Shown piece after piece: positions 25,597 through 34,665 of a stretch of 64,000 bases of DNA. The notes under the pieces were generated by a model. It did no database searches and was not told the DNA's origin. It saw only the letters and a program-made list of their open reading frames with translations. Within the stretch, counting starts at the first letter, position 1, and each line of letters starts with the position of its first letter. The stretch lies in NCBI GenBank assembly GCA_014879675.1, contig JACSRQ010000101.1:901-64900 (forward strand). The letters are read 5' to 3'. The DNA comes from Ignavibacteria bacterium (GTDB lineage: Bacteria > Bacteroidota > Ignavibacteria > Tepidaquicellales > OLB5). A program made the position numbers and the translations under genes.

Positions 25597-28164
25597 ATGA
25601 GAAAACTCCTTTTTATTATTCCCTCTATATTGGTTGCTGCCGGCATGTTTTTGTATATGTTCGGAGATTCAAACACCGGAAATATAGAGCAGGCATCAAA
25701 AAAATTCAAGAAAAATGCACCTGGCGACTATTTCTTCTACCAGCGGTCATTCCCGCTTGGCGATATTCCATATGAAAGTTACTTCAGCGCAATGGAAGAG
25801 AAAAAAGTTATGGAACAAATGGATAACCCGTCATCAATTGTTGGATGGGTACCCAACGGACCATATAACATTGGCGGCAGGATAACAGCCCTGGCTGTAA
25901 ACCCATCAAATCCGAATATTATTATTATTGGAGCTGCTGCCGGCGGGATTTTTAAATCAACCAACGGCGGTGTGAACTGGGTTGCCAAAACAGATAACTG
26001 GCCAAGCCTTTCAGTAGGCTGCCTGATGATGAGCCCCTCAAATCCAAGTATCATTTATTGCGGCACAGGTGAAGGAAACAGCGCCATTGATGTTTACCCC
26101 GGATTCGGTATGCTGAAATCATCCGATATGGGTGATACATGGAATGTTGTTGGCTTAACAGAAGCGCTGCACATTCCCGCTATGGATATTCATCCGCTCA
26201 ATCCAAACATTCTCTACGCAAGTGTTATGGGTTTCCGTTCATTCGGGCCGAATAAAGGAATTTACAAATCAACCAATGGCGGCACTAACTGGTCAAAAGT
26301 GCTATATGTATCAGATTCTACATCCGGAGTCGATGTTAGGGTTGCACCGGATGATCTTAGTATAGTCTATGCGGCGATGTGGGAACGCGTCCGCACTCCT
26401 CCATCAGTTTCAAAGACCGGTGGTATCACAAGCGGATTGTGGAGATCGACCAACGCCGGTGTAAACTGGATTCAGCTCGGCCCTTCAAACGGAATACCCG
26501 CATCAGTATCAACCACCGGCAGGATAAGTATTGCCGTTGCACCATCAAATCCCAATTACGTATATTCAATCTTTAAAACAACTACAGGTAATAATATCAG
26601 CGGTGTTTATAAATCAACGAACCGCGGAACCAACTGGACAGCAATGGGAACATCAGGCCTGCAATCTTCTGGGTTTGACTGGTATTTCGGGCTGCTGGAA
26701 GTTGACCCCACTAATCCTGATAAAGTTTACGTTGGCAGCGTCGATATCTTCCGTACCACCAACGGTACCTCATGGGTAAACTTAACAAATTCATACTCAG
26801 GCACTTTTGACCAGCAGCATCCTGACCAGCATGTATTGTGGATAAACCCCGCGAATACAAATAACCTGATCTGCGGTAATGACGGCGGAATTTTTAAAAC
26901 AACAACAGGAAATGCGCCATGGACAAAAAGCTATGACCTGCCTATTACACAGTTCTATGCAACAAACATAGACAACCTGAACCCGGTAAGAAAAATAGGC
27001 GGCTCCCAGGATAATGGCTCAAAGATAACTTACACAGGTGCAGTAAATAACTGGGAAGTTATTTACGGCGGCGATGGGTTCACTGCGATAATTGATTATT
27101 CCAATTCAAACATAATATACTGCACTTCACAAAACGGCGGACTTGGCAGAAGTACAAATAATGGCACTTCGTTTACGGATATTACTAACGGACTCTCCGG
27201 CAGGTTTAACTGGTCAACTCCTTACATATTAGATATACAGGATCCTGCAACTGTTTATGTAGGAAGCCATATGTTGTATAAATCAACTAACCGCGGTAAC
27301 TCCTGGACAGCAATCAGTGGTGACCTGACCCGCGGGCCAAATGGCAGACTAGGTACGATTACATGTATCTCAAACGGAGTTATTGCAGGCAATCAGCGGG
27401 TGCTGTATGTTGGTACCGATGATGCCAAAGTGAGCGTTACAACAAACGGTGGAACGAACTGGACTGATGTTACAGGCTCTCTGCCGCAAAGATATGTTAC
27501 GGATGTAATGTGCGACCGAAGAAACCCGGCTATAGCTTATGTAACTCTAAGCGGATTTAATATCGATCAAAGAAACACACACATTTTCAGGACTACAAAT
27601 TACGGCGCGAACTGGAGCAATATTTCAGGCAACTTGCTCAACGTTCCGGTTAATTCGGTTATAGTCGATCATATGAGAGAGTCTGTTTTGTTTGTAGGCG
27701 GTGACGCAGGTGTTTACTATACCACAAATCTCGGCACAAGCTGGGCAATATTAGGTACCGGTTTGCCTAATGCCCCCGTGTTTGATATAAACTACCACCC
27801 GGGGTCACAGATACTCTGCGCGGGTACTCACGGCAGATCAATGTTTGAGATAAGTCTTGCGGATATTCCTATCGGTATATCAAATACAAGCGAGATAGCG
27901 GATAGATTTTCTCTTGGGCAGAACTATCCCAACCCGTTCAATCCTTCAACGCAGATAAAGTTCAGCATACCAAAAGCTGATTATGTAAGGCTGAAAGTAT
28001 TTGATATAACAGGCAGGGAAGTGGCTGTGCTTGTGAACAAAAATCTGCCAAAAGGCGAATATACATACGAATTTGACGGCGCAAATTATCCGAGCGGCGT
28101 GTATTTTTATACTCTGAAAACAGAGAAGTTTAACTCGACAAAGAAGATGATATTGGTTAAGTAA
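25597..28164 (+). CDS. Sortilin/VPS10-type BNR (Asp-box) repeat beta-propeller protein with T9SS CTD
   Basis: 855 aa. Repeated S-x-[DN]-x-G-x-[TN]-W boxes (KSTNGGVNW, KSSDMGDTW, KSTNGGTNW, RSTNAGVNW, KSTNRGTNW...). CTD: FSLGQNYPNPFNPSTQIKFSIP...KKMILVK. Confidence 0.8.
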   Translation: MRKLLFIIPSILVAAGMFLYMFGDSNTGNIEQASKKFKKNAPGDYFFYQRSFPLGDIPYESYFSAMEEKKVMEQMDNPSSIVGWVPNGPYNIGGRITALAVNPSNPNIIIIGAAAGGIFKSTNGGVNWVAKTDNWPSLSVGCLMMSPSNPSIIYCGTGEGNSAIDVYPGFGMLKSSDMGDTWNVVGLTEALHIPAMDIHPLNPNILYASVMGFRSFGPNKGIYKSTNGGTNWSKVLYVSDSTSGVDVRVAPDDLSIVYAAMWERVRTPPSVSKTGGITSGLWRSTNAGVNWIQLGPSNGIPASVSTTGRISIAVAPSNPNYVYSIFKTTTGNNISGVYKSTNRGTNWTAMGTSGLQSSGFDWYFGLLEVDPTNPDKVYVGSVDIFRTTNGTSWVNLTNSYSGTFDQQHPDQHVLWINPANTNNLICGNDGGIFKTTTGNAPWTKSYDLPITQFYATNIDNLNPVRKIGGSQDNGSKITYTGAVNNWEVIYGGDGFTAIIDYSNSNIIYCTSQNGGLGRSTNNGTSFTDITNGLSGRFNWSTPYILDIQDPATVYVGSHMLYKSTNRGNSWTAISGDLTRGPNGRLGTITCISNGVIAGNQRVLYVGTDDAKVSVTTNGGTNWTDVTGSLPQRYVTDVMCDRRNPAIAYVTLSGFNIDQRNTHIFRTTNYGANWSNISGNLLNVPVNSVIVDHMRESVLFVGGDAGVYYTTNLGTSWAILGTGLPNAPVFDINYHPGSQILCAGTHGRSMFEISLADIPIGISNTSEIADRFSLGQNYPNPFNPSTQIKFSIPKADYVRLKVFDITGREVAVLVNKNLPKGEYTYEFDGANYPSGVYFYTLKTEKFNSTKKMILVK

Positions 28165-28181
28165 AGGTATTTTGCCTTTTT

Positions 28182-28212
28182 AAAAAAACCGGGCTATCAA
28201 CCCGGTTTTTTT
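28182..28212. terminator. Bidirectional rho-independent terminator between convergent genes
   Basis: Stem accggg / cccggt with a 7-nt loop, flanked by A7 and T7. Confidence 0.75.
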
Positions 28213-28262
28213 ATTTTCATTTTTGTTTCATATATACTTGAATAAACCAAACGAAAGGTTCT

Positions 28263-29273
28263 TTAATTGGCTTTCAGCCTTAGTTCACCTGAAGGCAGGT
28301 TGGAAGAAGATACATTAAGCAAGCTGAATACTGTTCCGAATACGCCCGAAGATACCGGCGCAGTGAACAGCTTTATATAAAATGGTACAGTAAGCTCGGA
28401 GCCTTGTTCATATCTCGGTTCAAGTGTAATGAAAACCGAATAGCCCGTCGCCAGATCATTTATATCCGGCAATGTGCCGCCGGGACAGTTAGCAAGTATC
28501 CAGTCATGACCGGGAAGCAGCCAGGTCATTTGAGGCGGATTCTGCTGGCACTGCTGATTATTATCCTGTGCGTTTGATCTATCGAACCTGCCCATGTTAT
28601 AAATATAAACCGGGTTAGAGTCGTTTACAACCCATGCCTGGTATGTCCATTCAGTTGTATCAGCAAGAACCGGTACGGTTAATCCTGGTGTGTTTGCATT
28701 TGTATCTGCTGCAAACCACAATCCTTTTTTATAATCCAAAGAAGCCATACCTGTTGATGGAGAGGCCAGAAGGGCAGCTGCAGTAGACGATGAAAACAAT
28801 GAAGAAGGCGGCAGTATATCTGAGTAGCTCATTGATAGAGTAAATACAAGCTCACCACCCTGTATTTGTTTCGGTCCGCCAATGATCTTTATATTACTTG
28901 GAATAGTATCAAAATAGCCTGGCGGCTGGATCGTTACGATCACATCTGAAACATTATTTATATTGCTAATTCTTCCCAGATTAGGCGAAAAGCTGCCGCC
29001 GCTTGTATCGGTAATCTCTCCTGTTTGTGTAACGGCGAATCTGCCCATGCTCCTGAAAGCATTTTCGTCATGATCTGCGCCGCTTTCAATACTCCCCCAC
29101 AGTTCGTAGGTCCCGGTTGTATTTTTATCTATTGGTTTTAATCCGCTTAAGCTTATTGAACCACTGTTTTGAAGCTGTGTAACCCCTGAATCCCCGCACG
29201 AGAAAAACAAACCTGTTGTTGTGAGAATACAGATAAAAGATGACGATATAAAAAGTCTTTTGAATTTTTTCAT
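28263..29273 (-). CDS. Lipoprotein with two RskA-C-terminal-like modules
   Basis: 336 aa with lipobox FFSC. Two modules, TYELWGSIE...GRFAV...VIVTIQPPGY and WTYQAWVVND...MGRFD...SVFITLEPRYE, resemble the anti-sigma-K factor RskA extracytoplasmic domain pattern. Its ATG directly abuts the upstream stop. Confidence 0.5.
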   Translation of the reverse strand: MKKFKRLFISSSFICILTTTGLFFSCGDSGVTQLQNSGSISLSGLKPIDKNTTGTYELWGSIESGADHDENAFRSMGRFAVTQTGEITDTSGGSFSPNLGRISNINNVSDVIVTIQPPGYFDTIPSNIKIIGGPKQIQGGELVFTLSMSYSDILPPSSLFSSSTAAALLASPSTGMASLDYKKGLWFAADTNANTPGLTVPVLADTTEWTYQAWVVNDSNPVYIYNMGRFDRSNAQDNNQQCQQNPPQMTWLLPGHDWILANCPGGTLPDINDLATGYSVFITLEPRYEQGSELTVPFYIKLFTAPVSSGVFGTVFSLLNVSSSNLPSGELRLKAN

Positions 29274-30767
29274 TTAGTTTCCTAATCCCGGTGTGATGCA
29301 AATTCCGGCAGGGAAAGATGCCATTTCAATATCACGTACTTTAATATGACCGCCCCATACATCAATTACTGCCGTGGTGCCCGGTGTTGTGCCGGAGTTA
29401 ACAGGGTGGTGAACAAATGATCCGTTTGTAGATTCGCAAGTGACGTAAGCGTAATGCCCGTCAGCAGTAAAATCAATTTTGTGAGGCTGCGCTCCCACAT
29501 TCACAATTGTTTTGAAAACACTTCGTGTTGATATATCTATAACAGTCACTGAGTTTGAACTTTGGTTTGGCACATAACAGTACCTGCCGTCAGGAGTGAT
29601 TTCAAGTGCCAGCGGTTTTAAGCCAACAGGTATTGATGCTACAAAGCTGCGGTTAACAATATCAAAAACTCTTACATCATTTGACTTAAGGCAGCTAATG
29701 AAAGCATATTTATCGTCTGGTGTTATTGATACCTGGTAAGGAATAAACTGGTTGGTTCCGTTGCCGTTTGGCGGAACGATCGGGTCAACTGGGTAAACAT
29801 CCAGGATCTGGTTATCAGCAGTATTGATCAGGTATAAAAATTCACTGACTTCTGTAGCCATAAGCAGAAGTGAACCGTCATGTGTGATCCTCATACCATG
29901 CGGTGCCTTCATGCGGAATTCTTCGATCTCCTGGGTAATGGTCATGGATTGTGTATCGAACTGCCTGATCTTTTTCTCTGTTTGTGTTGCATCAAAATTT
30001 GAGTACCAGCCTTTGGTACCATCTGCCGAGAGCACTATGTGAGCAGGCGAGAGTCCAGCGAACATCCGGCCGACTTTTTCGTAAGTTACAGCATCAAATT
30101 TTTCAATATATCCTTCGGCAATTAAGCTTACATAAAAATACCTTCCCTGTTCATCAACTGTAATTACATGCGGTGCATCCAGAGGCTGCGTACTGTTATC
30201 CCTGCCGCCGGCGTTGATAAGCCTGACTAGCCGATTGTTATCTAGGTTTACCACTGCAATCAGATCAGATGCCTGGTTGGTTATGAAAGCTTTGTTGCGG
30301 ATGTTTGAAAATGCAACATTACCATTATCGTTTTTTGCGCCCTGGTTGATCCAGTCAACAATTTTCAGAAGCTGGTCGGTTGGCAGCGGCATTCCCTGCG
30401 AATAAGGCATTAACGCCTGCGGCATAAGCGGATCGAGGAAAGGAGAAATATTGGTATCCCGCCTGTTAATGTGCTGAACCATATGGCTCCACCTGGCATT
30501 AAATGGAATTACTTCAGCCCCGAAATCTGAGCCATTGAGCATAAGCGCTTCCCAGCTTGTGAGGTCAATACCTGCCTGTTTATCTGTTGAATTGTGGCAG
30601 CCCGGGAAATTACAATTTTGCGCGAAGATAGGTACAATATCCCGGTTAAAGCTGACGGGTTCACCGGTTGTAATGGTGCTGCCTGAATCGCACCCCATGA
30701 AATTCACTGAGTTTATTCCAAACCCTGCGGATATCAATAATGCCCAAAAAGCTATTCTTTTCTTCAA
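29274..30767 (-). CDS. Lipoprotein: PSCyt1-like cytochrome-c-type domain (CX4CH) fused to YVTN/YncE-like beta-propeller
   Basis: 497 aa. TTG start with an aggaaaa SD. Lipobox FMGC. IVPIFAQNCNFPGCHNSTDKQAGIDLTSWEALMLNG...LPTDQLLKIVDWINQGA is colinear with the Planctomycete cytochrome C domain. Six DG-x-Y-x-Y-V-type propeller blades follow. Confidence 0.6.
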   Translation of the reverse strand: MKKRIAFWALLISAGFGINSVNFMGCDSGSTITTGEPVSFNRDIVPIFAQNCNFPGCHNSTDKQAGIDLTSWEALMLNGSDFGAEVIPFNARWSHMVQHINRRDTNISPFLDPLMPQALMPYSQGMPLPTDQLLKIVDWINQGAKNDNGNVAFSNIRNKAFITNQASDLIAVVNLDNNRLVRLINAGGRDNSTQPLDAPHVITVDEQGRYFYVSLIAEGYIEKFDAVTYEKVGRMFAGLSPAHIVLSADGTKGWYSNFDATQTEKKIRQFDTQSMTITQEIEEFRMKAPHGMRITHDGSLLLMATEVSEFLYLINTADNQILDVYPVDPIVPPNGNGTNQFIPYQVSITPDDKYAFISCLKSNDVRVFDIVNRSFVASIPVGLKPLALEITPDGRYCYVPNQSSNSVTVIDISTRSVFKTIVNVGAQPHKIDFTADGHYAYVTCESTNGSFVHHPVNSGTTPGTTAVIDVWGGHIKVRDIEMASFPAGICITPGLGN

Positions 30768-30923
30768 TATTTTCCTGAACTAAGCGCTAAATCTATTTAA
30801 ATTAGATATAACTTACAATGATTATATTTTGCGTATTGTTAACCTTTAACGGCGAAAACAAGTTTAAAATTTCAAGAAATTGGGTAAGATATTGCTAGTA
30901 GGGATAATTTATTCGCAGCAGAA

Positions 30924-30958
30924 GGGTATAGCCCTTGACAAAATCAAAGGCTATACCC
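30924..30958 (-). terminator. Hairpin downstream of 30972..33095 (putative terminator, weak U-tract)
   Basis: A 10-bp stem, gggtatagcc / ggctataccc, with a 15-nt loop. It lies 14 nt past the stop codon. Confidence 0.4.
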
Positions 30959-30971
30959 GTAAAGCTAAAAC

Positions 30972-33095
30972 TCATTTCAGAAGGATCATTTTTTTTGATT
31001 CAGTAAAACCTTCACCACTCAGCACATAAAAATACACCCCGCTTGAAAAATTGCTTCCATCATAATCAAATGCATAGGTGCCGGGTATAAGGAAATCATT
31101 TACAATTACAGCTATCTCTCTTCCAAGGATGTCATAAATCCTGAGTGAAGCATTCATAGCCTTTGGAATATCAAACTTTATTTTCGTAAGAGGATTAAAG
31201 GGGTTGGGGTAATTTTGATATAAGTTATACGTATGCGGAACTATATAACTCTGCGGTTCAACGCTAATAGGAACTCCGCCGCCAGTTGTTGTTTTTATGA
31301 TAGTGCCATATTCACTAACTCCGTATCCGGTTTGTTCATCAGTAAAAAAAATACAGTCTGAGCTAAATGCATATATATTGTAAGTAGCAAACCAGTTGTT
31401 ACCCCCGTTTGTTGTCTTATACGAAATGCAATTGTATCCGGATGCGTACCCGGTCAATCCAGATGGAAAATAAATTGATTTTATTAATTGTGCTAGTCTT
31501 TGATAACTCCAATTAGCGCCCTGATCTGTTGATCTATAAATCATCCCTGGTGTGCTTATCCCATCGTAGTTTCCATAGCCAACCGCATACCAATAGTTTT
31601 GAGGAGAAATACAAACATCATATATCCATAATACTGAATCCAGCAGCGTTGCAGTCCATGAGACTCCTCCATTAGTAGTTTTACGAATAACTGCTTTTTC
31701 TGAATTGTAGTCATATCCTCCGGCAAATCCTGTTTCATTGTTTAGAAATTGAATGTCTCCGTATGACTCACCGGTTACAGTTGTAAGATTATTCCAGTTA
31801 ATGCCTGAATTTGTAGTTTTTAAAAAAGTTGCCCATTTTGTAACTGCATAACCCGTGTCAACTGAAGGAAAGTGCATTCCGTGCAAATGACCGTATTGCC
31901 CGGTTTCAATAACACTCCAATTCAACCCGCAATTTGTGGTTTTTGCAATTCTCCCTTCATCTAATCCTGCAAAGCCTGTATTTGAGTTTACAAATGTCAT
32001 ATTGTTAACAAATGCAGAACCGGAACCAATGTTGAGTTCGTAAGATATCCAGGTACTGCCTTCATTTGTTGTCTTATATATCTTGTTGTCTCCTCCAGTG
32101 AATCCCGTTGCAATGTTTACAAATGTTAAAGCATACAAGTGGTCCTTGAAACCCTGAGTGAAACTGTTCCAGTTGATCCCGGTATTAGTTGTTTTGTATA
32201 GAAAGTTTTCCGAATATCCGAAACCTTCATTCAAATTTTTTAAGAATGTCCTTTTTCCCGTATACTGATTAGTCCAGTTCAGTCCTTGGTTGGTTGTGTA
32301 CATAATATCATATTGCCCCTGAAGGTAACCAGTGGTATTATTAAGAAACTCAAAGCGTAAATACTGTCCGTTTAAATTTGATACAGAATCCCAGCTAACG
32401 CCGCTGTTTGTGGTTCTCATTAGCAACTGGCGGTTCTGTTCCGTGAAAATGAATCCGGTTTGTGCATTCAGAAAGTGTACTCCTTTTATCCTGAATCTAA
32501 AATTTGTAGTGATTGTGTCCCAAGACGCTCCGCCGTTTGTGGTTTTATGCAGTCTGCCGTAATTGAACAAGGTTGGTTTGTAACCTGCCGCAAATCCGAT
32601 GTTATTCGTAGGAAAGTGAACCGAGTAGAGAATATTACCCGGGTAGGCAGTTAAACTCAGCGTCCAGTTTTCGCCAAGATCATTGCTGAGATATACTTTT
32701 TCATTCTTCAATCCATACAAAATAATTTGGGGTGAAGTGCTGTAGCCAAGAACATTATCAACGGGTGCGGGAATGTATCTCCAGTTATTTCCGCCGTTAG
32801 TGGTTTTAAGTATTCCATTAGTTGCAGCCGAGAAACCGGTAACATCATTAATGAAAACCAATGCACTATTACTTTCTTTATTCGTCATCACAGAAAATGA
32901 ATTTCCGCTATCAGTTGATTTCATTAGGGTATTTCCCGCCGCAGAAATATACACTGTATTATTTGTAGTGAATTCAACATCAGTGTACCAGTTGCCTTGC
33001 GGCAATGGATTCAGCCAAAACCAGCCATCCTGCGAGCTTACATATGCAGCCGTTAAAAGAAGAATTGAAGCAAGGATTTCTTTTAGGTACTTCAT
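30972..33095 (-). CDS. BNR/Ycf48-like multi-repeat beta-propeller protein with T9SS CTD
   Basis: 707 aa with many TTNGGxNW / TTNxGxNW repeats. CTD: YNLYQNYPNPFNPLTKIKFDIP...KKMILLK. Same architecture as 18959..21064. Confidence 0.8.
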   Translation of the reverse strand: MKYLKEILASILLLTAAYVSSQDGWFWLNPLPQGNWYTDVEFTTNNTVYISAAGNTLMKSTDSGNSFSVMTNKESNSALVFINDVTGFSAATNGILKTTNGGNNWRYIPAPVDNVLGYSTSPQIILYGLKNEKVYLSNDLGENWTLSLTAYPGNILYSVHFPTNNIGFAAGYKPTLFNYGRLHKTTNGGASWDTITTNFRFRIKGVHFLNAQTGFIFTEQNRQLLMRTTNSGVSWDSVSNLNGQYLRFEFLNNTTGYLQGQYDIMYTTNQGLNWTNQYTGKRTFLKNLNEGFGYSENFLYKTTNTGINWNSFTQGFKDHLYALTFVNIATGFTGGDNKIYKTTNEGSTWISYELNIGSGSAFVNNMTFVNSNTGFAGLDEGRIAKTTNCGLNWSVIETGQYGHLHGMHFPSVDTGYAVTKWATFLKTTNSGINWNNLTTVTGESYGDIQFLNNETGFAGGYDYNSEKAVIRKTTNGGVSWTATLLDSVLWIYDVCISPQNYWYAVGYGNYDGISTPGMIYRSTDQGANWSYQRLAQLIKSIYFPSGLTGYASGYNCISYKTTNGGNNWFATYNIYAFSSDCIFFTDEQTGYGVSEYGTIIKTTTGGGVPISVEPQSYIVPHTYNLYQNYPNPFNPLTKIKFDIPKAMNASLRIYDILGREIAVIVNDFLIPGTYAFDYDGSNFSSGVYFYVLSGEGFTESKKMILLK

Positions 33096-33368
33096 AACAA
33101 TTTCAATATGTTAGAGATAACATATTTAATAAATTCATATTTTGCAATACAATTTTGAGAAATGATTAATTCTTCAAATTTTGCTTGTTCCGTGATTTTA
33201 TAACTGTGAACTTCAGGAAAGATCTGTTATCCTGCTTTCCTGTATAGAATTGTTTCAGGTTTTTGCTTCGTATTGAAATGCCTCAAAAGATTCAAAATTA
33301 GTGCAAATTGGTGTAATTCGTGTTGGCTTTTCAATTATCAAAGAATAAAATCAAAGTTTATAGCATAT

Positions 33369-33376
33369 TAACTTTG
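33369..33376 (+). promoter_or_regulatory. Candidate -7 promoter box (TAACTTTG) for dxr
   Basis: taactttg lies 37 nt upstream of the ATG at 33414. Confidence 0.3.
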
Positions 33377-33413
33377 AAAAATTAACCCTAAATTACAACA
33401 ATAACAGGTTAAA

Positions 33414-34580
33414 ATGAAGAATATTGCTGTTCTGGGCTCAACCGGATCAATTGGTAAAAATACACTGGAAGTTGTTAGGAATTTAAACCGTAACGGTTAC
33501 CCTGTTTCAGTTAAATATATTTCCGCAAACTCTAATGTTGATTTGCTTTTTGAACAGATCGAAGAATTCCGCCCAAAAGCGGCTGTTGTTTTCAGTGATT
33601 CGGGATACAAGGAGCTTAGTTCACGTTCTTTGAAACACAAATGCGAGATTCTGCACGGCCAGGCCGGCATTAATGAGATTGCCGTTCGGGATGATTTTGA
33701 GCTGGTTGTAAATGCTCTTGTCGGTTTCAGCGGACTAATACCAACTGTGGAAGCTATTAAAAACGGCAAGCAGATCGCGCTTGCGAACAAGGAATCGCTT
33801 GTTGTGGCAGGAGAGCTGATCTACTCAATGCTTGATAAAAGCAGTTCAACTTTGCTGCCGATAGATAGTGAACACAGCGCAATACTTCAATGTTTACAAG
33901 GTGAACCGCTTAAAGAGGTAACTAAGCTCATCTTAACAGCTTCCGGCGGACCATTCAGGGAGTTTTCCAAAAATGAGCTTGATAATGTGACAGTTGAGCA
34001 GGCATTGAACCATCCCAACTGGAAGATGGGGAATAAAATAACCATAGATTCTGCCACTTTAATGAACAAAGGATTTGAAATTATTGAGGCTAAATGGTTG
34101 TTCAATATAGAAGCAGAATCCATCGAAGTTTTGATACATCCGCAATCTGTTATTCACTCAATGGTTGAGTTCTCTGACAGCTCGGTAAAAGCGCAGCTTG
34201 GTGTACCGGATATGAAAGTGCCGATACAATATGCCTTAACTTACCCGGGCCGTGTTAGTTCTGATTTTCCTAAATTAGAGTTTAAACACCTGAAAAATCT
34301 GACCTTTGAACAGCCTGATTTCGATAAATTTGAGTGTTTGAAGATAACATATGATGTAATAAAATCCGGCGGATCGTATCCAATAGTATTAAACGGGGCA
34401 AATGAAGCCGCAGTAGAGCTTTTCCTGAACCGGAAGATAAGATTTACAGATATTCCTGCGCTCATCAAAGGGGCACTGGATAAACACGAGAACAATACGA
34501 AGCCGACACTGGAAAATATAGTTGAGATCGATTCCTGGTCAAAAGATTTCGTAAGGAAAGAATCGGCAAAAGCCGCCTGA
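33414..34580 (+). CDS. dxr: 1-deoxy-D-xylulose-5-phosphate reductoisomerase
   Basis: 388 aa with GSTGSIGKNTL, LANKESLV, DSEHSA and NHPNWKMG motifs. Confidence 0.95.
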   Translation: MKNIAVLGSTGSIGKNTLEVVRNLNRNGYPVSVKYISANSNVDLLFEQIEEFRPKAAVVFSDSGYKELSSRSLKHKCEILHGQAGINEIAVRDDFELVVNALVGFSGLIPTVEAIKNGKQIALANKESLVVAGELIYSMLDKSSSTLLPIDSEHSAILQCLQGEPLKEVTKLILTASGGPFREFSKNELDNVTVEQALNHPNWKMGNKITIDSATLMNKGFEIIEAKWLFNIEAESIEVLIHPQSVIHSMVEFSDSSVKAQLGVPDMKVPIQYALTYPGRVSSDFPKLEFKHLKNLTFEQPDFDKFECLKITYDVIKSGGSYPIVLNGANEAAVELFLNRKIRFTDIPALIKGALDKHENNTKPTLENIVEIDSWSKDFVRKESAKAA

Positions 34581-34665
34581 TATAATTTTATAAACAGTAA
34601 ATAGATCTTATTCATTCTTACTGCATAAGCAGGCATAGAGTGATAAAGGAGAAAACGAAAACAAT

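Noticed and set aside
14840-33095. Dispersed ~45-nt DNA similarity among the six CTD-coding 3' ends as a mobile repeat
   Set aside because: The similarity is explained by selection on the conserved NYPNPFNP..T.I.F peptide. The nucleotide differences I spotted between copies do not change that peptide (e.g. ggattaaacggattggg vs ggattgaatggatttgg). No flanking repeats or recombinase are present.
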